A DNA stretch of 64,000 nucleotides. It comes from Hypanus sabinus. Its lineage: Eukaryota. Positions within the stretch are counted from its first letter, which is position 1. The number at the start of each line of letters is the position of its first letter. Below, piece by piece: positions 12,811-27,436 of this stretch. A model generated the notes under the pieces. That model did not search any database. It saw only the letters and a program-made list of their open reading frames with translations, and was not told the origin of the DNA. The DNA lies in the NCBI RefSeq assembly GCF_030144855.1, contig NC_082731.1, positions 24,056,001 through 24,120,000 on the forward strand, given 5' to 3'. A program made the position numbers and the translations under genes.

Positions 12811-15689
12811 CTATTTAATTTAACGCTTTTATGGGTGGCATGTTCATTATCTACATCTATAGAATGACTGTTCTCTTTAGGTCGCTTTCCTTCCTTCTTT
12901 GTACATCATGCTGGTGTATTTGGGTAGAAATGTAGATATAATTTCAATTATTTTATTTTACTATAACTATGTTGATCTACTATTTGTAGTCTATTTACTT
13001 ATAAGAAATTATATTCTTCTGGAATATTTTGACGAAGTTTTTCCAAGAATTATTTCCCGATAGCTTTAATTTTCTTTGCTCCATAATATGCAGGCATTAT
13101 GTCTTTCTTCTCTGATCTGCTTCAGGGGTATGATTTGAAAAAGACTTCCACTTCATAATCAAGTTTGATATCACCGGCATATGTCGTGAAAAATGTTAAC
13201 CTTACAGCAGGGTTAAAATGACAACCGTGCTCAATAAATATAGATAAAAATAGTAAAACATATATACGTCTCTGAAATACTTAAAAAAAAGGGGTGGAAA
13301 AACGCTGTGATTTCACTTTCAATTTGGACATTGGATGGATTAGGAAAGAGGCTGATCTCGAATCTCTAAGACTCTGCAACTTTGTCGACGGTAACAATAA
13401 AAAGAGGGCATGTTCTGAGTGGTCTGAATACTTCATAATGAACGCCGTCTTCGGAACGCACTGTGCCTTGAAAATGGCAGGGATACTATTGACACTGGTA
13501 CATACGATGAGGCTGAATAATTAGACAAGTTTATAAAATAACTTCACTCTTGTGCAATAACTCTATCCCCCATACCAGACACAGACACATCATACAGAAT
13601 GCTTTGTGGATGTTTCCAAGTTCATCAGTTGACAAACCCAATCCCCTGATATTCCGAATGAAATATAGCGGCTGCAATGTTTTTCTTCCTATAGTTGCGT
13701 CCAGTATAGTTCATCAGAGGTACTGATCTCCAGAGGCTAGTAACTGCTTACTCTCTCCTCTTCTAATCAAGCTGTGAGGATTCGATGTATCTGCTGCCCT
13801 TCGCAATTTCTCAAATAATTGTTGAGGAGATTCCCAACCCTTCTCACGCCGAGGTGGGTGAAATGGGCGGAAGTATCTCTGGGCATGCAGGTATGCATTA
13901 AGAAAATAACAGCAGTCTGGACTGTAAAGCAACAGGAAATGAGAGCTCGTTCAGCCAAGTGACGAGGGGACCGGGATTATCGGGTGGCAGGAATAATAGA
14001 CGAGTATAGACCTGTCAAATAGGTTGGAAAGAGTCCAGGTGTGTATAAAAAATGAAGATATAAATGTTGGGGTACGGAATTCCCAAAGAGTCATGAAACA
14101 TCCAGAGTGACTGCATTATGTCGCACCCGAGGAACATGCAATGGCACCTATCCCCTTGGTGAGCTCTGCCACTGATATTTAACCCTATGGTAGACGATGA
14201 GCTTTTGTATGAAGGTCTGATAAATTATTTCAATGTCATGAGGACATGGCAATTTTGTTGGGGTGAGATGTTTTACTGTTAACGTAATGTTATTTTTCTG
14301 TTGAAGGAGGGTTTGGGTTATAGTGAGAGATAATGGTAATGTTGCAATATGAGCTGTGCCATTTGTTAGGCAGCGGAAGGACAGACTAGAAGCTAAGGGG
14401 AACCGGTCGCAGGATTCGGACCTCTTGGAGTCGAAATTTAATCGAACAAGGTTCTGCAATCTCCTGAGGATCAGGGAATATGACTTTTTGAAGTGTTCAG
14501 ATCCACCGTGTGCACAGTTGTTTCTTTAGCAGATGCGACTTTTTCATTTTCTTTGCTTTGCTAACCGTTTAGTTGTAATCCATAAATGAATATATTTAAA
14601 CCTATACTGTGCCTTCTCTGTTATTTATTGGCACTGAATTTTGTAACGGGGCGGCGAATTACACAACATTCACACAAACCGGGCATTGGATTGCCAGATC
14701 GTTCTTAATCTCACTGGTTTGGCGGGACCAGTATATTTATTCGCTAGTTTGACGAAGCCAAGGAAACCTGCCGGCTTTTATTTGTAATATCACCCCAATA
14801 TTCTGCTAAATACTACATATTATTCTTCAGAGAATAAATATAATGCTTATACAGTTGCTGAAAATAAGGTGAACTACATATGATATAAGGGTTGATGAAT
14901 TATCGATTAAGAGATCAACCATTTGATTTGGAACGACTCCCGCTTTGCCGATCTGTGCTGTATATATCCCGAATGAAAGCTTCCCCTCATAACAGATTAC
15001 TGGAGATATCAGGGAGTGTTTTTGCTCAGAATCTTCATCTCTGATCATCAGCATGTGCATCAGAGCACAGTAATATGCAGCCGAATCCTTGATTCGTATC
15101 CCCGTGATGTTAAAAAGAAATTTCAGAATTCATTTCTCTAAATCAGCAGCCCATCTGCTCGGGAATTCTCAGCTTGACGAAAAAAACTAGTCCTAATCTT
15201 TCAATATATATATCTCGGCGATTCTCTGGGTAGTTGCATATAACCGAAAAGAGTTTTAACTGCAGATCTCCGGGTGTAGCAGTATTTAAGTTTTATTTTC
15301 TGCCTTTCCGAAATCACCAATGCAACCGCATTCGGAAACACCGGCTCTTGTTCAGAGGCTCCTGTAATAAAATATAATATAAGTAAGCAGTCTGGGGAGG
15401 ATCCACATCACGCCATGGATACTGACGATCAACATCACATATACAACTGACAGAATATGGTTATCAAGAAAGATCAGAGGAACGCAAGCCTTTTAATCTG
15501 GAGAAGGCGCTGCGAAATAAATAAACAAACAAACAAACAAACAATATCCGTCCCTCTTCTGTGCAGTGTGTGCGATAAATGCTTAACAGAGTAGTCAGCA
15601 TACTGTATATGCAATGGGGTGCTTCTCTACCGCATGACGGGCTAATTCCTCATTGGATATACTAATGGAAGACACATTATACAACAGTA

Positions 15690-16150
15690 TTGTTTGGGAA
15701 AACACTACTGCCCTGAAGATGCCAAACTCAGCTTTGAGGAGCAACGCCTCCTATACCGTCTGGGTAGTCTCCAGCACCTTGGTATGAACATCGAATTCTC
15801 CAACTTCCGGTAATTCCCTCCCTCTCCCATCCCCCATCCCACTTTTACACTGTCTCCTCCTTTAGCTGCCTATCCCCTAACTCATGATTCTGGCTTCTTC
15901 TACTACCCATAGTACTTTCCCCTTAGATTACTTCATCAACTCTCTTGCCTACCCCCATCGGTGCTTCCCCTCTCCCATCCCTTTATCTTTCCTCTGCTTG
16001 GTTTTCCACACTCCCACACCTTCTTTATGGGGCACCTGTCTCCAACTTCTTCAGTCCAGAGGAAGCGTCCCAGCCCAAAACGTTGACTGCATCTTTCAAC
16101 GGAAGCTGCCCGACTTGCTGAGTTCATCCATCTTGTTTGTACTTGTTGTT
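15690..16150 (+). mobile_element. Penelope-like element 3' fragment
   Basis: 'gaggagcaacgcctcctataccgtctgggtagtctccagcaccttggtatgaacatcgaattctccaacttccggtaa' (EEQ.L.YRLGSLQ..GMNIEFSNFR*), plus the same 3' tail as at 930-1025. Confidence 0.8.
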
Positions 16151-17834
16151 TGGTAACATTGTTTGCTAGTCCGCTCCCTTCACTTTTTCTCTCTCTTCAC
16201 ACTGACTCTCACACGGTCCCCCTTACTTTACCGTTCTCCCTATCTTTCTCTCTCTACCTTTATTTGTCTTTCTATCTCTGTATCTCTGTCGTTCAAACGG
16301 AGATAATTTATCTCTCAACCTGTCAGATTCTTGAGTTCTCGATATTCCTCTCTGACTGCTTGGAATTGTCGATACATTTCCAATATCCCGTCGTTGTTTC
16401 TTTGTTTTACTTTTTGCATTCAGTGTTCGCAAACTCGAACATACAAACATAATCACTGATATACCCGCGGAAGAGATTTGTTCTTTACCCTTCTGTGGTT
16501 CGACTAGGTATTTTTTTTTTCTCTAAGATCAGGATCTCGCAAGACTGTTGAATCTCTGTACGCCGAAACGCCCAAACCTATGAAATTTACTGACTCAGCA
16601 AGGAAGAAAGCCAGCGAATGTTCAACAACAGTCTTAAAGATAAATATTTGAGAGACACGAAACGGCAGTTGTATTTCCTTTTACAATTGAATTGATGTAA
16701 TCCTCCATATTACTATAATGTTGCTCCCAGAGCGTTGTTAAAATTTTAAGGGCAGCAAAGGTCAGCAAAAAAGATTCCTGTTTATTCCTATCAAGTCCAT
16801 AATAGGACGGCACGACTTTGCAGGATCTTATTTCAACAAGGTATCCAGCTTATCAACAAAGGTTACAACGTTGTAATACCAAAATTATCTCTGCATATCA
16901 AACGTTCAGTATTTGTAGTACAAGATATGCTCCGTTGGTAACGTTTTATTTGTGCTTTATTACGGAAGGTTGTGCTAGTTGTTAATTGCTCTAGGATTAT
17001 TCCAGTTTTGTCCTGCAAAATTTTAGTAATGGAAGTATTGCTCTGTACTTTACGCCTGGCACCGAAACTCAATAGATTCTGGTGCTGTAAACATATTGAC
17101 AATATAACTATTCTGAATTGATTCTGGAGGACGAGCTGCCTGGAGCGTGTTAGAGGTATTTTATTTCAAGTACCTAATACAAGTCAACATTTAGCCAGCA
17201 GAACCTGACAAAACAAGGATGTCATGTTCCTGCTCAATTTGAGTGCGGTCATGACTCAGATGCAAGTCTGATTTGCGTGACAGAGAGTAAGTGGGGAGTG
17301 AACCATTGAAGTTGTGGAGAACTCAGAACATGTTAGGTCAAATCTTTCTAAAAAGTAATTTTAACAAAGTCTATACTTGTCCACACTGGGTACGGGGCCA
17401 TCTAGCGGCAGCTCATTAGAAAAACTGATGAACAGTCATATTTTATGATTCACTGCTATATTTCTGGAAGGGATTAAGGCGAGAAATATGCTAGAGTTAG
17501 AGACAAGGACAAAGGACATTGTCTCTGAACAGCTGTCAAAACCGTAATGTAGAATGTGGTTGCTGAGCTGGAGATAAGCTTTGAAACGTCCAAAGCAGCC
17601 GAAAAACAATCTCTTACAAGACAGCAAGAATTATCGTTCTTAATGGCGACAGATTCAAAGTGATTTTTGGTTTGAAAGCTGTTCCATTTTGACATCTTGT
17701 TTCATTTATGCGTGAAGAAAACAACGATCAGGAACATATTGTATTCTTCGTCTCTGGAGAATGAACACGATATATTGTGAATGACTCACACATGACATTA
17801 TTTTGAATATTTGTCTGCTCCGGTATATTCATGC

Positions 17835-17835
<1 letters not shown>

Positions 17836-17909
<74 letters not shown>

Positions 17910-17920
17910 TCTCTCTCTAT
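17836..17920. repeat. (CT)n microsatellite
   Basis: Direct read. Confidence 0.95.
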
Positions 17921-18979
17921 TTGCCTCTCCATCTCCACATTTCTCACATGATTCAGTCCTTTCACGCTTTTCATCTGTGCCTCGTTAAAAATAAGAAAGA
18001 CTGAAAAAAAGAAACACCGCCATGACGACGTTCCGATTAATCCACAGATTTATGGGTTTTCTTCTTCTTCTTCTTCCCAGAAAAGTTGGAAAGCCGTATT
18101 CACACCGCGAAGAAATTCCATATGTGCAAGAAAGATGAATGCCGACCGTCTGGAGTGTGGATCACTGTGAGGAAACACTGCGAAATGCTTTGTCTGCCAG
18201 TTCTCCAGATGAACTTCTTGCAACCTGTATATTTGAAGCCATGCATTCGACATTCGTAATTTGAGATAATAGCAAGTTCTGCTGCCAATGAACAGAAGAG
18301 TTTTGGTTAAAACAGACAGATCTTTTGATTTAATTTGTTTTTCATTACCTGCCATGATTCTATTTACAATCAACTGAGATCGGAAGTTTTAAACGCAAGA
18401 ACTAACAGGAGCCTATGTCCTGACTAGAAAGACGGATGACTTTGAGAAAGGTGGGTTAATAAGCAGTAGCAAATGCAATTAAAAATGCGGTAGAGTTATT
18501 TTGTAAGCCTGCCAGCTGTTGGAGAACAAAGTGTTAAATTGGTGTAGGCCTGTGTGAACAGAGGCCGTTGGATCCTAACGCGATCATCATGTTTCCTTTT
18601 TTCCGTCTGTCCGGCCTGGAACGATATCAGAAACGTGAGAAACGACCGCAGGTCGGGTAAATGCTAAGCAAACAACGTATAAGATATATGGCAAACATTT
18701 TTCTTCGCAGCTGCTACATACCTGAGAAATGCACTTCAATGTCGGTCCTTACATATCGTCTTAGAGAATTAGAGTTGTAGCTGCGCGACTGCCGCCTCCT
18801 CAATATAATTGAGAACGTGATTGTTCTTAGAGGAAAAAAAGTAGTCATTGATAAGGTGCAGGGGATATGATGTAGCTGGGTAACCGCAATTAGGGTACAG
18901 TCTGGGAAAGAATCGTGATATTTGCTGAGAGCGTTCTAAACAATAACAGGTACATGGTTTTAGTCTTATAATCATATAA

Positions 18980-20895
18980 CAATTACAGCACGGAACCAGG
19001 CCATCAATGCCCTCCTAATCTTTGCCGAACTCTCACTGTCACCAAGTTACACTCGCCCGCACTCAACCCATAATCTCCCATTCCTTTCCTGTCCGTATAA
19101 CTATCCAATTTTAATTTTAAAGTCAATACCGAACCTGCCTCTACCACTTCTACTGGGATCTCGTTCGACACAGCCATCACTCCCTGAGTAAAGTAATTAC
19201 CCCTCGTGTTACCCTTAGACCTTTGCCCCGTAACTCTCAATTCATGTCCTACTGTTTGAACCTTCCCTTCTCTCAATGGAAAAAAAGCCTATCCACGTCA
19301 ACTTTACATATCCCGCTTATAATTTTATATACCTCTAGTGCAGAAACCCAGGTAACATTCCAGTAAATCTTCTCTGTACTCTAACTATTTTGTTGACACC
19401 TTTCCTACAATTCGATGAACAGAACTGTACACAATACTCCAAATTCGGACTTACAAATGATATTTTTTACATTTTAATATTACATCCCAACTACTAGACT
19501 CAATATTCTTATTTATGAGGGCCAGCTTACCAAAAGCTTTTTCATAAACCTATCCACATGAGATTCCTCCTTCAGGAACAATGCTCCATTATTCCTAAAT
19601 CACACTGATCTACTGAATTCCTCAATGCCCTACCATTTACCATGTATGTCCCATTTGAATTATTCCTACCAAAATGTAGCACCTCACACTTATCAGCATT
19701 AAACTCCATTTGCCATCATTCAGGCCATTCTTGTAACTGGCCTAAATCACTCTGCAAGCTTTGAAAAAAATACTTCATTTTCCACGACGCCACCTACGTT
19801 TGTATCATCTGCATACTTACTAATCCAAGTAACCACCCCATCATCCAGATCATCAATGTATATGACAAACAACTTTGGAAACAGTACAGATCACTGAGCC
19901 ACAGCCACTAGTCACCGGCCTCCAACTTGACAAACAGTTATTAACTACTACTCTCTGGCATCTCCCATTCAGCCACTGTTGATTCCATTTTACTACTTCA
20001 ATATTAATACTCAAAGATATAACCTTCCTTACTAACCTTCGGTTTGGAATCTTTTCAAAGGCGTTATTAAAGTCCATATAGACAACATCCACTGATTTAC
20101 CCTCAACTTTCCTCGTAACTTCTTCAAAAATTAAAACTTTTCAAACTTTTTCAAAGTTTTGAAAGTCTTCAAGATTTTTCAAACTTGATAGTCCACTCAC
20201 AAATCTACGCTGACTGTTTCTAATCAGACTCAGTCTATACAGATAATTATACATACCATCTCTAAGAATACTTTCCATTAATTTACCCACCACTGACGTC
20301 AAACTGATATGCCTCTAATTGCTAGGTTTAGTCTTAGAACACTTTTTAAACAAACAATTACATCAGCAATACGCCTTTCCGCTGCACTATCCCCGTTTCA
20401 ATTGACATTTGAAATATTAATGTCAGAGCCCCTGCTATTTCGACGTTACATTCCGGCAATGTAGTAGTGAATATCCTGACAGGACCCAGGGATGTATCCA
20501 CTTATATATTCCTTATAAGGCCAGTACTTTTTCCTCTTTAATCGTCATCGTTTCCGGAACTTCCCTACTTGTTTCCCTTACTCCATTCAATATCCTGCAC
20601 CTTAGTGAATACCGAAGAAAAGAAATTATTCCCAATTCCGCCCATCTCTTTCGGCTCTACACATGGCTGTCCAGTCTGATTATCTGAGGGACGAATTTTG
20701 TCCGTCACTATTTTTGGCTATTAATATAACTGCAGAATCCCGTCGGATTTATTTTCACCTTACTTGCTAAAGCAACCTCGTATCTTCTTTCAGCTTTTCT
20801 ATTTTCATCTTAAAATTCTTCTTACATTATTTATATTCCTCCAGAACCTCGTTTACCCTATGCTGCCTATATTAATTCTAGATATCTCACTTTTT
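18980..20895 (-). mobile_element. CR1-type LINE, 5'-truncated and decayed (RT and 3' UTR)
   Basis: ORF 19853-20092 'DVVYMDFNNAFEKIP..RLVRKV...W..QWLNGRCQRVVVN.CLSSWRPVTSG' matches the CR1 RT motif. The 3' end matches the CR1 copy at 40170-40520. Confidence 0.9.
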
Positions 20896-23569
20896 CCTAG
20901 CAGTAAGGATGAGCAACAATAATCCATGGTAAATATTTATATCAAATATATTGTTAGTAGAAGCAACAAGGTTAATAGAGACAATGTCGGGTTAGGGATA
21001 GGCTGCGGAATGGCAAGATATCAATTGTGAAAATATTCGGATTTCTGTATGGGGCACACGCCAGTGAGTTGCAGATTACGATGACATGGAGAAGCTTGTG
21101 TACTGAATATATTGCCGTCAACTCATTGCATCCAGTGTTCATAATGTAATTAGTTTCAAAGTAAATACTGAAAACAAATATTACGGGTACGCGGGTTGAA
21201 ATTCTAAACTGCAGAAACTTCGATTTTATGGTATCAGAAATAGTCAGACAAGTGTGGATTCGAGTACGTTGTTTCATGGCAGAGGAATACGAGGAAAAAG
21301 TGCGACGCCTTCAAAAATTTGCGAGTTGTATGTGCCTGTCCGATTAAAGGGTGAAGGCAACAGTGTTAGGGAAACTTAGCTTTAAAGAGCCGTTGAGAAA
21401 CTGATTGTGAAAGCAATAAGGACCACAGCCAGTATGGGTAAGCAGGAGTAAATGATATACTTACGGAGGTTAAGTAATGCTAGACCCGCTCGTTGGAAAC
21501 ATATTAGGTTGTCTAAATGAAAGCATGAAGTTGTCCTAACGGACAAAGTTAAAGAGATTTTTTGGGACATCTACTGACATGTTGAGAGAAATAGGATTGC
21601 AAGAGAAAAGAAATACTCTTGCAGAAAATTAGAATAGAAATCTATGCCTGGAGGCAAAGGAGAACAGAAAGAACTTTTATCGGTTTCTTTGCATTTGTAT
21701 TAACTCCTTAAATGGACGGAGAGTCTGCAGGGCCGATACGAAACGTTAGAGAGATTGTGTACTAAATTTTATGTATATAATGAGTAATGAGGAGGATTGT
21801 CACCACAGGACGTGAGAAGGATCTTTTTTTTTTTCTGTTCTGTATCCGTTCTATGTTTCTAACACGATGCGTTAGCAAACGAGTTTCGAATGTAGAAAAT
21901 TGCTTGTTGCAGTCACAGAACGTTTGACGATTTCTGGATGGCTGCTGGACTCGTATCATCCTACTTTCCGTAATATAGCTATTATAGATAGGGAGTTTCT
22001 TCAGATGATCAATGCACAAAAAATGCTGGGCATCCGTTGACGAACAGCGACAGTTCACTCTTATTGTCAGCTATTAACACACGCAGACCGAGTGTGAAAT
22101 ATTGAATCCATCTTCTTCGCTTCAAAAAAGTTATTTAGTATAGGAAGACCTTGCAGTTGCATTTAATTCCTTTTACACACTATACGTATGTAAACAACAA
22201 ACAACTATACTGTGTTGATTATTAAATCGGGAACTAACTTAGAAAATTTGGAGGTAAAACCAGTAAATTGCAGAATTGATTTAGTAATATCGAGTATGCT
22301 TGGGAAACACGTCATGTCTTTGCAGTACGAGTGCAAAATAAGAAAAAAATATAAAAACGCAAATAACGTTGGACATTTGCAAGGAACCCATTCTCAGCGT
22401 AAAGGACGAAGAACAATAGAACAACCGCCCGTACAATAAATAAGCAACTTGAATAGATACAAAATGTAATCACTACAGACCACAGTAATAGCGAGACTTC
22501 TAATGTCTGAATATATTCAAAGACAGGTAAGAAACCCAATATCCATCTCTCACATGGGATATGTGTGATGATCTAAAAAAATGAGGAAGATAATTTTTCA
22601 TTTGCAGAAAGAAGTGGGGCGACACCTTGGTAGAGTCTCCCACTTTATGTTATTCAAAATCGATCACTACACCTAATATGACCTATCGATCTCGGCCATG
22701 TTCTGACTGCACGCGTACTTAAACAATGAAGGTTTTAATCAAGAACCGATCCATTTGTTTTGTCCAACCGTTTAGCAGGATCAATGCATTTATTTGCCAA
22801 GATGAATATTTCAAATGGTCCATGAAGGAATGTACATGGAACATTTATAGTGTTCGAAGGATAATTTGAGCATTGGCTACATTATTTGAGTTGGGTTTAA
22901 AAATTCAATAACATATTTCTACCCATGAATGCAGTCATAAGGGCATTTTTACCGAGCAAATATATAAACGACACTGTCAGCTGACATACACAAGTTAAGA
23001 CTTAACTGACGCATACACGATAAATTTATTGGATGTATTGCGGAACACGGGAGTACAGTGCAAAGTGCTCATGCATTCATCGAAAGTCACCTGCAGAACG
23101 TCTCGCGAGAAACTGTACCAGGGCAGATCCTTCCATTCTGCTCATCGCAGTTCAGCACAGCCAACATCTGAAGCTGGAGATGCAGGACACACCTCCCAGC
23201 TGTGAGCAAAAAAAAATGTTTATTGCGCCGACTTTAACAGTTCTTACTTGCCCAACTCTTTAACAATTAATTTTAATACTTGTCTTATTTTCTACTATGA
23301 CAGCCATTACTTTTAAAACTGTTTAGGTGGAGTATAATACTTGTCTCACTGAGCCACATCGAGGGAGTCTCTGAAACAATTACGTTAGCTCAGGCAGATA
23401 CTGAGATATTGAATCATCGCCGAATGCTCCTGTAAAAGAAAAAAAAATACAGGGACAGTGAGGAGTTTGGAATTCAAACAAAGCTACGCGCATAGTTATT
23501 TAAAAAAATGCACTCATTTAGTGAATGAATCGATGATCATTATCATTAAACATTCACACAACCTGGAGA

Positions 23570-23700
23570 CTAGTTTAGATACAGTCCTGACGAACGGTCC
23601 CGGCCAGAAACGTTGACTATTCAATTCAACGGATTCTGCCCGACCTGCTGAGTTCATCCAGATGTTGTACGTGCAGATTTGTCGACAGCATCTGCAGTGC
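23570..23700 (+). mobile_element. Penelope-type 3' tail fragment
   Basis: 'gtcctgacgaacggtcccggccagaaacgttgact...ctgcccgacctgctgagttcatccag'. Confidence 0.7.
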
Positions 23701-23974
23701 ATTTACTATTTAGTTTAGATTGAGAACATGAGTTGAGGAATGAATCCATCCTGTTTGTTTTCGGATATCTGTTATGAATACAAGAACGGGATATTACCTG
23801 GTATATGCTGTTCTGATCTATTACAGTTGACATTATTACAGCACAACCTTCCGCCTTGATATTCATTAATTTGTTCTGCTACTTCGTTTTCTCTTCCAAC
23901 TCCCCGAATCTCAACGTGTTTTATAGCAGTGTAGAACCACAGCGCGGAGAGCAATCTTAAATGGGGTAAGCAAA

Positions 23975-24215
23975 ACCTTGTTCACCACTGCTTTGGCAGA
24001 TTATTCCACTCTTGCCACCCGATGAATGATTTCTCCCTCATGACCACGTTAAACATTTACATTTTCCTCTTACCCATGACCTTTAGTTGCAAATTTTCCC
24101 AACTTCGGACGGGAAAAAAAAAGCCTGCTTGAATTGAAACTACCTGGTCCTCTCGTTATTTTGTACAACTTAATAAAATTTCAACTCATTCTGAGGAGTT
24201 CCAGGGAAATACGTG
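23975..24215 (-). mobile_element. CR1-type LINE 3' fragment
   Basis: Similar by eye to the CR1 3' regions at 55310-55750 and 19000-19350. Confidence 0.55.
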
Positions 24216-26299
24216 ATAATACTTTACAGTTGTTCACATTCCGTATGTCCATAGGAAACGGCAGCATTGTTTTTGACTTCACCAAAGTTTTGATTATGTA
24301 AAAATAACTCAAAATTATCCACTCATAATCTCCCCCGTCAAATCAGGGTGCATGGGAAGACGATCACATTGTTTGTCAAGATTGCCTCCTGATATGCTTC
24401 TGTGTCATTTTCTAAGTAAAAGCTCCGAAAAATCACTTTTCCGTTGTTTCTTAAAGCATCCCCATGCATTCTGTTTATGTCTCTCTTTGACGTGATTCTC
24501 ACTTCTCCAGACGTCACGTACTGTACCTGACTTGCTGCAAGCGCTTACCCACTGTGAACCTTGTGTTCGATTTAATAAGGGCCACAGTATCCTAGAAAAT
24601 AAACGGTCGCTAAATTTGCTTTGAATTCCTTACATACAGTGTACCTTTGGAAGTATGCGCTCACTTCTGAAAGATTCAAATTTACTGTATTCTGCAAAGC
24701 GGTCCATGTTTCTATTATAATGGAAGATGTAGTATAGCTGAGATATTAGGGATAAACATTCTGTAAAGAATCACACTAACAGAGATACGAAAATATATGA
24801 GTCAACCGAAGGAATAGTGGACGGCTTGTGGGAGATTGTGAGCTGTAGAGTCTCCGAGAATGGATATAAACACTTCGCTTCCTGTATCAGTTATTTTTTC
24901 CCCCGGGATGTCCCACTCTTCTTCCCATGAACAGTTCGGCGAGTATTTGATAGCTGCAACGTAAGTTGTAAACTGTTTTCGAAATGACAATACATGGAGA
25001 GAAAGATCTGTTCTGTACATACATCTTTCTTAATACGTCGAAACAGTCACGAGATAAAGAGATAATTAGCCATAGAGTTTAAAGAGAAATTCTCACTGTG
25101 GAAGCGACTGATATATCGGATTGCATCTTGAGTGTTTCTGGAAATATAAGATATATCAATATAAATGTGCGGTTAACGATGGATTATGCACCTATTTATG
25201 TACCATAAGTCTGAATGAATACATATTTGTTAAAAATAAAATCTTGTTAACATGTTTTTAGTTGTTTCTCTCATGGCAGCGCACAGAATAGACCATTACA
25301 AACTTTCGAAATACGTAACCCCACAGTTAACTGAAAACCACGATGCATCCAATAGCTATTCAAAAGACATTTTTAAATGACTACTTCAGTCAGGCGTTAT
25401 GTATTTGAAATGTGGAAGGGTACTTGAGCATGCGATCAACACTCCATATCCAGGACTTACAGACTACCTACTGTTTACCTGGAATTGAAATCCGAACTCT
25501 TTCTCCCTGAATTGTAATAGAGTTGAGTTAACCGCTGCACTACAGTGTCGCCAAAGGATCTAAAAGCCCAGTTTCATTTTTGTAGCATTTTTGTAGAAAT
25601 GCATTTATTTAGAAAGGCAGGGAAGCAGCAATGTATTAGAACTTATAAATAATAAAGGCAATCGGTTTGTTTTGTTGTCCAATATAGAGACCCAGGTATT
25701 ACGGTTCCAATGAATGTGTTTTGGAGTATTGAATGGGGATCCCAATAGGAGCAGGTTCCTGCTCGGACTTAATTGATGCAAATTAAAGAAATGGCAAAAC
25801 CTAAGTTATCTCTTATGAGTGGCAGGAATTAAGGCTTTTCCTCCCAAATAGTAAATGCCCGATGTTTACATTGCAGCCCCTCTCCTAGAAAATCGAATCC
25901 CCCCAATTATATAAATCCAATTGATTAGAAGAGCAATTAATTACCAAAAAAAAACAGCGGTTTCATTTTAATAGGTTTCATGGTATCAGTAGAATGTGAA
26001 CGCAACAGATAACATCTCAATGACTAGCGATTGCATGTTAATACTCTTTGGTGAAACATTATACACGCGTCGAAGATACATTCAGGCTCTGTATAATTGC
26101 ATCGTGATAAGGACACGGGCGTGGATATGACAGAAACGGAATGATATCTTTATATCCTGATTTTGTATAGATCTGAAGCAACAGATTATGATCTTATCTT
26201 TGGAAATAGTTTATTACATATATACATTATATTAAATCGCATACAAGGACTCCTTACTCTATATTCATGCAAGTTAATTAATTCGTAAAATTGAACTAT

Positions 26300-27230
26300 A
26301 GCAATTTTATTGTATAAAAATCTAACCCACTACCAAGACTGAAGCTGACCGGTAAAAAAAAGTAGGGACAATATTAGACATCATCCCTGCTTTAACAGGA
26401 AATCAAAGGTTTTGAATATAATTCCGAAAATGTCCCCACGATGGTCAAAAATCTTGGGTAGATTCAGAGATTGAATATGGGAATATTCTCTAAACTTAAA
26501 CATAAGATCATATCACGTAACTATTCGGCAGGAATAGTGGGGGACCGCATCTATCCATTTAAGCAAGAGGGTTCTTCGGGACATAAGATAAATAAAAGAA
26601 AGATGTGCATGTAAGATGACTCCAAAATAATATCCTTTCCTGCAAAGGTACCAAATAAAGCGGTGAAAGGAAAACGGATACAGATTATTTAGAAAAAAAA
26701 AAGAATCGAGAGCGTTTAAAATAGTTCTTTCCAACATTTTCTCATTAATCGGGCATGTCCAAAACATATAAATGAGTGAAGCTTCTCCATAATTACATTT
26801 ATCTCAATACGGAGACGTATCCAAGTAAAAAGGAGACAGTTTTTCCTTCGTCATATGGGCTGTATTTAATTGTAGCACAATGTCCTGGAACTTTTGCACT
26901 ACTTTCCTTTCGCATATTCCAAGACACTACGTATTTGTAATTTTGCAACATTCAAATGATTGGTAGATTGCATGTAACACATAGATGTGGTGTAAAATGT
27001 ATTAGGAACCAGGATCCACAATGTGCGCCCTCAATGAGTTCAATGTCCCTATTGTTTTCTTATTCCTTATGGACTTGTGGTATAAAACGCGTATTTACTG
27101 AATGCCATGATGTCTTTTCGCTCCAGGAATAAATTCTTCCCTCTTCACAGACAAAATGGTGGAAGAAATCCGCAGATCGGCTGCTGCCCTTGAGATAATG
27201 TTTCGAGCCAAGAACTTCCATCAGAATATC
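26300..27230 (-). mobile_element. L1/Tx1-clade LINE 3' fragment, decayed
   Basis: ORF 26513-26767 'MFWTCP......RRTLLLKW...P' resembles the L1 ORF2 C-terminal zinc-knuckle region (HMFWxCP...RRxILxxW). Confidence 0.65.
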
Positions 27231-27375
27231 ATCATTTCCTGCAGCATATTTTGGGAGTAGATTTTGATACTTTTGTTTTCTCTGTCACTATTCTACTAAA
27301 AATTACACCGCACTGCGGTTTCGTGCTATTGATGCAGTGCTCGGCAGCGGTGTATTTATATGATACTGCGAAATG

Positions 27376-27414
27376 AGTTTTTGTATTGTTCTTTCGCTGT
27401 TTGGCAGCACTGTG
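27376..27414 (-). other. Second (distal) 23-RSS behind the supporting V-delta, near-perfect consensus
   Basis: Minus strand CACAGTG (27414-27408) + 23 nt (ctgccaaacagcgaaagaacaat) + ACAAAAACT (27384-27376). Confidence 0.85.
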
Positions 27415-27436
27415 TGCTTGCAACAAGAGATAGACT

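Noticed and set aside
18130-18260. Perfect CACAGTG heptamer on the minus strand at about 18163-18169
   Set aside because: No nonamer at 12 or 23 nt and no V-like reading frame upstream.
24548-24589. J-like piece: TACTGTG, then 'IKSNTRFTV', then GTAAG on the minus strand
   Set aside because: Lacks the G-x-G motif, is too short (34 nt) and has no nonamer at 12 or 23 nt.
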